A stretch of 64,000 bases of DNA from positions 5,072,301-5,136,300 of the forward strand of contig CM082577.2 in the NCBI GenBank assembly GCA_040954595.2, written 5' to 3'. The DNA is from Balanoglossus misakiensis. Taxonomy: Eukaryota > Animalia > Hemichordata. The number at the start of each line of letters is the position of its first letter. Position 1 is the first letter of the stretch. The position numbers were made by a program, and so were the translations under genes. The notes under the pieces were generated by a model. The model was not told where the DNA came from and did no database searches. It was given only the letters and a program-made list of their open reading frames with translations. Of this stretch, positions 14,401 to 26,200 are shown one piece after another.

Positions 14401-17400
14401 TGGTTTCGGCCTCTCGATCACCTTCCCGACAGGACCGTTGACAGGGTTGCTGGCGCTGCTCACGGTCGCCGACGCAGCCTTGTTGACAAATTTAGGCGAG
14501 AATATACCGCTCTGATTAAAAGCCTGAAACGAGAAAAAAAAAATCATTCGCTGATGTGAAGTCATTGTAAAGTCCATCCTTGCAACTTTGTACAAACAGA
14601 AATCCAGACACAGACATTCATGAGGTTGGAGTTTCTTTCATAAAAAAATCCCGATTAAATACAGAATTGTCATATTTTTTGACAACTGTAAACTGTATCT
14701 TTTTTAACATTACTGGCGATAAATGATTGATTGATTGAAAACCCCAACACGCACCTTCTCCGAAGAGTTCTGCTGCAGTTTCCCGCTGGGTCTGCGGATG
14801 TAGAAGAGAATGTAGGCCTCTTGGTCCAGGATGGTCCTCAGATTGGTCTGCGTCACGGTGGAGTCGTTCATGCAGTACCAGGCATCGTTGGGCGCTCTCA
14901 CGTAACAGTAGTAATGCCCGGAATTGCACGAGTATCCGTGGTGAACCAGCACCGCGTACAATCTGTACACAATGGCCGGTCCCTGCAATCCGGAGTAAGG
15001 AGAGTGAGATGCAAAAAATCATGTTTTCACTGTGGTAATTTTTCACACTTTTAACATTTTTTTATTACTTATGCTGGGAGATTAAACTACATTACTGTCT
15101 ATAAAATTCCATTTTTCATGCTTCACAGTGCGATAAACTAAGCAATCACATTACAGTGTAGCATTTGAAAATATGACAAAATAGCATAAGATATAACTTT
15201 CCATAGTTACAGTGTACTCACCGATTTTTGACTCATATAAGGTCTCAGATCAAGCATTTCAGGATATCTGACATCTTTAGTTATCTTCGTTCCACTGTAT
15301 CGGTTAAAATCGAACCTGCAACGTGAAACCCACAACTTAAAGATAACTCGCATTTATAGATTCCCAAACAGCCTTTCTAGGATTTGATTATGCGACCTCT
15401 CTGTACAAAGCTCCCTACAGAATATCATTTTTCATATCTGTAAAATCTGAACTGATATTTTAACATACCTCTTTAAAGATAAAGTGAGTATATTAGGTGC
15501 TCGATGGACATTTAAACGCTTTATGGCTGGCACTTTCATCTTGCACCTACAGGAACAAAAGAATAGCATTACAATTGTCATCCCAGGGACAGGGTTCCAT
15601 ACATGTAGGAATGTGATATTCAAATCAAAGGAGTTCAGTAATGAATATGTTTTTTCAGTTTTAGACTTACCCTTTACACATGTACATATTGTCGTTATCT
15701 AGCATCTCTGGTTTGACTAATCTATCCAATGCCTTGGTTATGGTTGATACATGCTGTGTATTAAAAACAAAGAAAACAAAACAATTTCATTAAATTGAGT
15801 CCAAAGAACTTTTTCAGAGATATGGGGCCTCTGCTTGTTCAGCTCATACAGATGAGTTCAGACAGGTTACTCTCAATATAGATCAAATGTATATTACACC
15901 AATGCATAAATTGGGACCCACCTTGATGTCGACACTGATGTCCAAGAATGGATCGTGTGTATCTGACTTCTCTTGACACTTTAAGCATTGCACTGAAATA
16001 AAACCGGAAAAGATTATACATTGTACAAAATTGGTCAGTACAGAAGATGGACAACTGCAAAATGACACCAATCATAAAAGTACAAATATTTGAACAGAGT
16101 CAGTGAAATTATGAACCTGATCATTCCACTCTAAAATGTAAAATATCAGGGTTACACAGAGGACTTTGTATTTACCTCGACTGCGGAAGTAACCTCCAAA
16201 TATCTGATGCACTAGGGTTGTTTCCTTGCTGTATCTGTCTAACCTGCAACGGTGAAATTATGAAAGTATTGGTATTGTGAGTGTGTAGGTGCAGACAAAT
16301 ATGTCAGACGATCACCAATGTATGCAAGCAACTGAACAATATGAGTAAATGACAGAAATGTTACTTACTTTTCCAAACCGGTGAGCGACGCCTTCTGCAT
16401 GGCTTCTGTGATGCAACGCAGGAACTCGTGAGCGTCCTCTTGGTGGCCGTACCGAAACTGTTTACCAATGTCTGGAAATTTGACCAGGGCACATTTTGTA
16501 AAGTTTCACGGGGATGGTCTGTCGAGAACTCATGCTAAAATGTCACATTTCTGAGAAACCTGTATGGGTGTTAAGGGTGGTACCTCCCGCCTTGAGAACA
16601 TGACATAAATTTCTTGCAACAGGCTAATCATTCATCTGACAGTACAAATGCATACCTGAAAGTCTTGTCAATAACGCTCTGTGAATTTCTGCACTCATTC
16701 TGTGATCTTTATGAACCTGGTAGAAAACAAACAAATACCAAATCTACTCACTTTTTATCTTCTGAATGATGACCATAGGTCGTATGACAGATCCCGACTG
16801 ATGGAAGGCTCTTGCCACATGCCTTTGTAATTCACAGATCATACAAAACCCTGGCTCTCGACCTACAAAGAAATACATATCAACAATATTTCACTTCCAT
16901 GATTGCCTGACAATCTATGTGCATGCAGAATTCACACAATTGTTGTTTTCCAAGCAAAAATTGCTGAATGTTTGTAAATTGTGGTCATTTGCATAATAAC
17001 TGTTCAAAAATTGCTGAATGTTTAAAATTTGAGGTCATTTGCATAGTAACTGTTCAAAAATTGCTGAATGTTTGAAAGTAGAGGTTTGCATACTCACATG
17101 ATTGCGTGTGCTGCTGACTCATCAAGTAATTCACCAATGGAGGGGTGTACGTCAGACATTGGAGAGTTGAATTGAGGAAACAGGTGTTCCCCAGATTCAT
17201 CAGTCCGCTGCCAACCCGGTACATTTTGTGCCATTCCACTTTTAACTTCTCCGAGGGGAAGAGTACAACCTTGGGCTTTGGAATTCCATCGCTGGCAATG
17301 CTTTCATTCCCTGATCCCTTTCCCATGCCGTTTTCTGTTTTGTGGAATAAAGATATAGTAAATATAGATGACCATAGATGACACTCTGATTGCAAGGGAT

Positions 17401-17901
17401 ATGCTGTATGTGAAGTACCGGTAAACATGTGTAAACTACATACATGTGACAAGCAATAAGTTGGTCTATTTGACATTGCAGCATAAGTATTATGACACTA
17501 CAGATATTCAGTTACATTTACAAAGTATGTACATCGTTGTGTGTGAGGGACAAAGGCAGATCAATAATTAAATTATGTTTCTACATTGCACATTTTTGCA
17601 CATTGGTTCAAAAGGAATATTTGCAATTACCCTTTTGCTTTTTATGATCAAATTTCTGTTGCTTCAGTCCATCTTTCTTGGAGGGATTTAGCGGAATGTA
17701 TTTTGAGCGCAGAGTATCCAGGTTGAAGGAGAAGGACTTCTTGGCTGGGACAAAATCGATCTTGTGAAGTAACACCTGTTTGGACGATGATACTATCTGT
17801 TGGTCCAAGTCGAGGTGGAAGTTGTCCTCGTTGGCTGTCTTTTCAGTTGACTGCTGATGACGTTGTCCTAAGTCTCGCTTCAGTGACTGATCAATTGTCA
17901 T
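11470..17901 (-). CDS. USP36: Ubiquitin carboxyl-terminal hydrolase of the USP36/USP42 family, USP36-like
   Basis: ATG 17901; N-terminal [33 protein letters not shown] resembles USP36; Cys box [18 protein letters not shown] (about 17150-17210); QEDAHEFLR exon (about 16370-16470); His box [21 protein letters not shown]...MNDS (about 14860-14960); large low-complexity exon about 12660-14523 with K/R-rich tracts; USP36-type tail ([27 protein letters not shown]); stop TGA 11472-11470. Confidence 0.93.
16955..17091. repeat. Intronic tandem repeat, about 50-nt unit, about 2.7 copies
   Basis: caaaaattgctgaatgttt...gtcatttgcata.taactgtt repeats at about 16955, 17005 and 17055. Confidence 0.85.
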
Positions 17902-19051
17902 CTCTCATGCTTATAAATAAAAACTTGATCTGCCGGGGAAAACATGATGGTAATTAAAAATGTGCACAAATTATGTTCTTTCTTTCTTTACACAATATTC
18001 CACATTTCTAAAATATTTCATCAAGGTCTGATTCCAGTAGTTGTAATACCTTAAAACCAGATGTTAACATGAGTGACTCTGCGCAAATACGTTTAGATTA
18101 TCAACTTCCCCAACAGATCATTAGCCAAGTAGTCAAATATGATGATTTAAAAATCTAGGGTCCAGCTCAGTAAGAACAGATGCGATCTGCAGTAAGTTTC
18201 CCTCTATTTATTCAACCAGTTTTTGTTCCATAAAATAAATGACATTTCATGAAGCCACCTCTCGTAACATAACATCAACATAGTGCCGGTACACGTGACC
18301 AGGTACTACCAATGTCCTGGGCGAGGTAGCCGGTTGGCAAATTGTTACAGTAGAAAACGCAAACTGTACAGCACATCCACCATATTACAAAAACCCATGA
18401 ACAGTGTATAATTATGATTCGTTTATAGTCCATCAAATGACCAATTCACAACGACTTCAACCGGCCCTGTGAGTGGCGCTGTTTATGTGTCGGCATGTTG
18501 AACCGCACATCATGCCGCGCCGTTCAAAAAAGTTCATCTTGGCTGAGCGAGTGCATGGAGTTTCTCATTTGCACTGCCATTAGAGCCTGGATGACGCTCG
18601 CATCTCTGTACTGTCAGTCGTGAGATGGAGAGAACTCACATGGCAATTATAGTGAAACCACAAAGGCAATACGTGTTACCCCGATGTTCAACTTACTTGA
18701 TGCAGGGGCGATCCATGTATCGCTGACTGCTCTAAAATTCCACTAGAGCGACATTGTTGAGTTACAATGGGAGAGGTAATATTCATCCGGGTTTCGGTAT
18801 CCTCTGTCGCTATTCAGAAACAAAAGAGCAGTTACTTGACTGGCTTTAGAAATGTCCTACTCATACGGAAAATATAATCTACGTTATGATAAAATATTAA
18901 AAGTTTAATATCGGCAATGGGTCGCGGTTTACAATACAAGCTGAAAAAATACAATTCGTGTATTTTTTCCACACAAACGAGGGTACACACTGAGTAAAAG
19001 TTCAGCAAACAAACATACAGTGCTATCCCAAGATTAATAGCGCGAAAAAAG

Positions 19052-19760
19052 ATGTCTGCGCCCTTTGCGCTTTTAGGGCTTTCCTTTCGATCGATTCGTC
19101 TTGTCAACAGATTTGGACCAATATTTATACCAGCATGCCAACTAAGTCTTGCCAAAGGAGTGAAACATGTCCAAATTATCAGGCAACAGTATTTTCTGGA
19201 AACGTATTCATTGTTGAAAGATTGTAAACGCATTGACACCATACGTCGAATTACAAACCCATCCTGTTACCTGACAGATCATGAGGTCAAAAATCATGTA
19301 CTTGCTTTGACAGATCAATTTATGGAAGCTAGAGAACTGCTGTCAGATGCAGTAAGTGCTAGTTTATTGCCATAGTGGTTATTGCCATACATACAACCGT
19401 GAAACCGAGATGAACTGACCTTAGCAGTGTGGAAAAGTATGAAATTGTCAAGTGAGTGCCTGTTCCATAAAGACATTGTGACCTGAGTACATGGTGGCTT
19501 GGTACAAAATGGTTGTAGAATGATTATCAGAAAGAGATAATTTTCTCATGTTCCAGGAAGAAGTAAGGAATACAGTTTACTTTAGTGATGATATGCACGA
19601 AGCGGAAGAAGTTGTAAAGGAGACTCTACAGGAATATGAAAAGCTGCTTTGCAAACTGAGTGAAGAACAGACTCTTCATGTTGTCCGGACAATCGGATTA
19701 AAGATGTCAGAATTAAAAGCCCAGTATGATGCAATAGAAGAATCTTTACTTGAAGATTGA
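19052..19760 (+). CDS. Uncharacterised 167-aa helical protein resembling the plant 'embryogenesis-like' family; probable mitochondrial presequence
   Basis: Two exons, 19052-19351 and 19557-19760 (GCA|gtaagt ... ttccag|GAA, phase 0). Basic, acid-poor N-terminus, then QFMEARELLSDAEEVRNTVYFSDD...ETLQEYEKLL...RTIGLKMSELKAQ, matching the recalled F.EAR...TVYF.....GLK...LKA pattern. Confidence 0.75.
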
Positions 19761-20667
19761 TATGGCCGATGTTTTGCCTTTTGAATGCACTTCTGTGAAA
19801 GAGGGCAAACAGCATCCCGTTCTATGATCACGTAAGAAACCACAATACAATCATGTGTTAAAATTGAGCTTTAATACCTTGTTTGTGGTGTTACTGTCTG
19901 AACAAAATTACTGAACTACAAGAGTGTAGCTAACCTCAACTGCTGATGACAAAACATTGGAAGCAAGCTGTTGAATATAAGAGAGAGAGGGAGAACAGTG
20001 GCTATAGCAAAATATTTTTAGTCAATGAAAGGCAGAGTATAAATAGGGTATGTTACCCAGCCACCAGCTCCTATCTGCATCACATCGGAATAACTCTCAA
20101 AAGTGTGATGAATGTCTAAATGCAATTTGTTGAATCAGGAGGAAAGATAGACTGATTGAGGTTGCTTACCCCATCCACGATGGGGTAAGTGCTGTTAGCG
20201 CCCTCATGCGACGGATTTTTCCAATCTGGAGGAAATTATGAAGATGTAATTAACACGCAGGTGCTTTTTATGTGGCTGTACTTAAATTCAGTTTTATAGC
20301 ACACAACTATACAAATATTTAATTTTTTATGTGACTCTATTTAAAAATTGTGCAATTTTCTTGTCATGGATCCGATTTTAAAAATCTGTTGTGTATCAAA
20401 TATTTATATAAATTATATCATCTCTGTCCATGTCAGTCCTTGTAATAAAGCTGTCTCAAAAGACAGTTCAAGTAGTTTACTATGAAGTTGAAGACTTGCA
20501 TGTATTTTCACAACTCGCCGCTGGTTTGCATATGCACCCATGATATTGCTGATAATCACACACGCACACATCTCTACTAAAATGAAATCACACCTCACAA
20601 ATAACCTGTATTTGAGCATTTTTTACTTATTTAGCATTTATTTACAGAAAAGAATGGAAATCTGTAC

Positions 20668-20682
20668 AATAAATTCTTTATT
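20668..20682. terminator. Back-to-back polyadenylation signals (AATAAA-ttc-TTTATT) between convergent genes
   Basis: AATAAA on + at 20668-20673 and on - at 20682-20677; TGTA lies upstream on each strand, and U-rich sequence lies downstream on the - strand. Confidence 0.55.
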
Positions 20683-23245
20683 AAAATATTAAGATACACA
20701 CAGCTATCACCATGCAATTTCTCCAAGACAAGTGGCAAGCCTACCATTCCCCCCTGTTCATTAGCAACAAAGGATGTACTAGAATTGCCATAGACTAATA
20801 ATTGTATAGTCTTGCGTGTTAATTTTGAAGTTCAACAGCTTGTAACAATCTGTGAATTTACATTAAGTGGTGATAATTATTTGTGCGATAAAAATCTTCC
20901 ACACTGTGACAGCCATAACCTTTCATCGTGAAGCAGTTGATCAACTTGTCACGTATTCACAGTTGAACTCTCGACTAGTCAAGGGTTCCCCCCAAAAGCA
21001 AAGGCTGTGTCAACTGTTACCATATCAAGCAGTCCATGTATTTGCTAACCTAACAAAACAATGGATGTAAGAAATGAAATGAAAGGTATGCTTATTATAT
21101 GCAGATTAGCCATCCAACTATAAACAAGCAGTGGGGAAAAATATTGCATATTAAATTAATACATTTCGTCAGCAATGGAACTGAATAGCAGTATCTATCT
21201 CATGATGCCACATTTTCTTTCCATGCCTGTCTCCAGGCTTACACCATGTAGGGTGGTGCATCATCTTGGCACATTTTAACACCTGCTAGTGTAGGTGGTT
21301 TTCAAGTTGGTGAGCAAATCCTTTCACTAGTCTACATGCATACATGCTTCAGCATGAGTTGTATTGTTTGAATTTAGCAGAAAGCCAGAGAGATATCACA
21401 TGTACACAAAACCACTTTAGAAAAGAACTGGATGTGCGCATTTTCCAGTATTCGTGGCATGTCATACCCCTATGGCACAGCACACATTAACCAACATGCA
21501 GCTGTTGAAATTGAAAATATTGCCAGAAACAAAATAAATACTGAAAAAAAATGCCACATGATATTTAGGAAGACTTGCAATGAGATTCAATGCCAGAAGA
21601 CATAACCATGAATGTTAGCACATGGACTGGTTGTGGAGTAGGCCATATCTGCCTGTGACAAACCAGCTTCAGACAGACTTCCGTCCGAGGCCACTTTGAC
21701 AATGAGCATCTGTTAGTGGCTACTTTACCCTAACAAGTGAGACATAGCATTGAAGAACTCTACCGACGAGTGTGAACACCCTTATCTTAAAAGTTTGCTT
21801 GCTTTTGCAATAAATAGGGAATGATACGTATATATTTACATGCATCTCAATAATTGCATATTCAACTGGACAAAAGTCTTAACAGAGATTTCATATACAA
21901 TGTACGTGACACGGGTACTTCCACAAATATTTCCCCCTTTTCAGTGATTGGTTACACGTCAACAACCATGAAGCTCAGCATTTGTACAGCTTGACAAGAA
22001 GCAGATTTCAGTCGAACAGACGCGAGTTATCACTGTAATAAATGATCACTGTACTGGTAATATTCTGAAAAGATCACTGTTTCATTGTAAACTACATCTA
22101 TCCAATATGTGGAAACATATGATACCGATACGAGGCACCTTTGCTGTGAATTAGTACAGTTATCTACCCACAGCTGAGGGTGGCTATTACATCAATCATG
22201 CCCCAACAAAGTTCAAGACTTGCCAGATAAATTAGTAAATGATACAGTAAGATTACAGCTGAATCAGAGGGGAAAATTACAGCAAAAAGCCTTTCAGGAT
22301 TTAGAATAAAACTTACAAACCATTTGCCCTGGGTGGGTACCAACCTTGGCTTCACAAAACAGCACCTGCAAAATGCTTAGCGCACTAAGCAATCGCAGCG
22401 CTGTCTTCAATTCAGCTGAAGGCTGGCAGCCACCACATTCAAATGTCAGCAGATCATTTGATAGTAGATTTGTGGAATTAAAAAATTAAATGGAGCTCTG
22501 CAGACATTGCAAGTTTTAAAATACTGGTGCAGAGACCATTCTGTCATTAAACATTGACATAAAGTGCTATATACAGACTTGAAAAAAAAAATACTTCATT
22601 CACTGTAAGAATCTGAAGACATCAATCTGTAACTGTTGCACCATATATCATCGAGTGGCAGTGACAAAAAAAATTGTTACTAAAAATAAGATAACTTTAA
22701 CAGTACAGATTTCATACATTTCAACAGCGGACAAAATTTATATACTTTTTTGTTTTGTTTTATACAAAGGGATATTTACAATTCACATAGATCGGCTGCA
22801 ATATAAATTGTGATTTGAATTTAAGATACACAAATATTAAATAGTGCAATGTGAGACAATCTATTAATGGAAGTGCAAGGCTCCTGATAAAAAATACACT
22901 AATGTCCTGGGAACAACATGCATATTGTGCACACTTTATCACTGAGTTGATACAAAAACGTCAACAACCCAGCTTGCTGACTGCTCAGTGGAGGGAAAGA
23001 TTTTGTTTTGATCCTGTAAAAACATACTTAAAATTTGTTTATAACTGTCACAAAAGGACTTGGAAGATAGGTAGCCAATTTCATGCTTAGGTTATGTAAT
23101 CACCAACTGTACAATTTAGAATTCTAGACTAACACATTACAATGTAAATTCATCGCATTCACCGAGGTCAGCAAACTGGGTTGATTTGTTTTGGAGGAAA
23201 AAAATGAGGTGGACAAGTCATTAAATTGTCTTGTCATTTTATTTT

Positions 23246-26200
23246 TTAAACAGTTATCTTAACAAATCCTTGGGCACTTGCTGATGATGTTGATGATGGT
23301 GTTGATGCTCCTGTTCTGTTTACCCTTTTTGGCCTGAAAAAAGAAAGAAAAACATCAAAATAATTTGAAGTGTGAGTATTCTGTTGAAAATTGCAATCAG
23401 ATTAAGATACATAATGTCATACCCATACAGATTATTACAAGCAGAGGCAGAGAAAAATAGATGAGTTAAGCAATTTTGTGGGTGTATTTTTTTACAGTAC
23501 AATTTCAAGACATATCAACCCATACTCTACTCGCTTGGACAGCAACGACAAGACAATTACCTTGGTGAATCTGTAGGACTCGACTGTTTTCTCGGTTGCT
23601 CTTTCACAAAGTTCCTACAGGATGCAAGCTTGGATTCTAATGCCTGAAAAAGACGGAGTGAAATGTAAAGTCAGCCATGGAAAGTACAGCAGGAAGGTCG
23701 AACAGACACTCAGTTTGGTCAAAACCCCGCACTTCCAACATTTGTGCAAAATGCAGCAGTAGGATGTACAGTACTCACCCCAACTTTCCTAAGTAGATCT
23801 CCAACAATATTGAGAGCTGATATCCTGGCTGATGGTGTGAGTGGAGTGTTGCCTGGTGCTCCGTTTATCAGCGGTGATCCCACTACAGGTTAAAAGATGA
23901 CAGAAAATAACATGTAATTCAACCCTAACATTTATCTGAATTCATTTGAATGTTCCCCAAGGAAGAAGAAATGCTCGTCAGTTTCCGAGTAATTAGGAGG
24001 AATGTCATTCTTGCTGATATTTTGCGGAAGTATATTTGCTCGCATGAGTTTTAAGAGATCAAGACAGTGTGTGAGCACCCTCTTTTCGAAAGATTTTGAT
24101 GACTATAATTTTTCTTACAATCTGACCCTGAGGAGCGTACTACCAGTTTTTCATCAAGATTTATGGCATAGAAGATCAGAGAAACAATATTATCTCCATT
24201 TGATCAAGATTTGCTGCTATTTTCGTACTCACCTCGTGGCGGTGTTCCCACAGGCGTCGCACTGTGAGCACCATCCAGCATTCGGTTGTTTGGTATTGAC
24301 TGTGGTGTTGCGCTGTCTGCTTTTTCATTGTTAGGCATATGCGGCATTAATTCATCATCTGTCTTGATTCGTACTTTTTGCTGAACTTCCAATTCTTGTC
24401 GTAAATCTGGACAAAGTACAAGGGACGAGAAATGTCCATATTTCAAACTAATAAATAAGCAATGTATTTTCAAACTTGATACGTTTATTCGAACAATTTC
24501 TACCACATCTGTCTTTCAACCCTTTCACCACCAAGGTTTGATCCCAAGCCATTGTATTCTGAGTTACAGGGTTAAGATCAAGTCGTTATTTTTTCTTTAA
24601 CTCCTCAAAAACACCTCTACATAATGCGGGCAGTTCATCTCTGTAGGGAATACATGCAGAATCAAATATTTACTGACTGCTAGATTCTTTCGATAACAAA
24701 GAACTTGATGTGGGAGCTAAGGCATGCACTCACAGCTGGTGTGATGAACATATCTGGTGCATCTATCCTTGATGGAAGTAAGTTTGCCACCAAGTGCAAA
24801 GTCCAGGCACTAACACTAATGGGCTTCACACGGCTATGTCTATTTGCAGGAAACATGCACAGTTTGTGTTGCCATCTTCGTATCAAAACTTGAACAAATA
24901 GATGGTTCACAGGGAGATTTTGCCAACATATATCTGGGCAACAATGTTTTTTTTTTTCATTCTTCTGTCAATAACCGCTGAAAAGGTTCTGTTCAAACAT
25001 ACCTGTACTGAACAGAGAGAAATATTGTCTTACCTCTGCCTTCATCTTTTAACCTCTGTATCGTGATCTGTAATGTTTCTTTATCATCTAATTCATTTTC
25101 TAAAAATGCATTTCTTTCAATTGCCTATAAAGCAAACGTATGGTACATCGTCATTACTCTAGACTATACATGTACTTGTTTCTGACATATGCAAGCATAA
25201 AATCTTAGTGTTAATTTTCAAAAGCAAAGTGATTCAACACTGACCTGATTTAACCTTGCTTCGAAATCTTCAAGTGAAACTACCGTTGCCCTGGTGAACA
25301 AAATTGAGAAATAAACACAAGTTAAGACGTTTCAGATCACCTGAAGGGTTAAATGCAGTGGTCAAATTGCCACTCTCAAGGTAAAGGCTAAATGCTTTGT
25401 ACGATCTATTCTTGAGGAATACTGCAATGTCCTAGTTTTAATCTGACAGGAACCACTCTTCTGACATTGCAGGACAACTCGCTCCTTAATAGCCTTGAGC
25501 TAAAAAATCAATGGGGTTCATGCCAATTTCTTTGTTATGTCAATTTCTCCCGCATTCAGTGGGAAGTCATCTGTGAAAACGTGTACAAACCAGACATTAC
25601 CCCATTCTGATTTAAATAGGTTTCTAACTGTGTTGATTACATGGGGTTCTGATTTGAATGACTTTATTCAATCAACATAAAATGAATGAAGGACAATGTC
25701 AAATTAACCAGTGATTCAAGATGTAATTTGTACACAGTTAAAAACCACACAGATCATTTGACTGTTTATTCATGTACACATTCAAAACTACACATAAATG
25801 TAAATACTTCCATTATTTCCATTTAACCCTTTCACCACCATGGTTCAGATCAAACCCATTGTTTTCTATGGTGAGGTTGAATCTCTAAAGAGGGAACTGG
25901 GGTGACAGGGTTAAAATACGAACCATTATTCAGTGAACAGTTATCATTATATAATACAATAGAACAATTACCTTTTTGCCCTTTCTAAATCGTCGTTGGC
26001 TTGTTCTAATTCTCTGATGTACTTTTGATATTCATCTTTAATTGCTTTTGTTTGTGCAAGATCATCTTGTAATTTTGTGACTTGTTCATGACTCTCCCTC
26101 TGTGAGTATTCTAGTTGTTCCTGAAATGTCAACACGGGATGTCAATAGAGTCATCTCTCCAATGGTGATGAAACATGGTCAGAACTGTAAAACAACTTCG

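Noticed and set aside
12667-14515. Many + strand ORFs (up to 188 aa) antisense to USP36
   Set aside because: Shadow ORFs of a GC-rich low-complexity exon; the Phe/Leu/Ser runs mirror Lys/Glu codons.
16955-17091. Regularly spaced repeats considered as a CRISPR-like array
   Set aside because: Simple head-to-tail tandem units without unique spacers, inside a eukaryotic intron.
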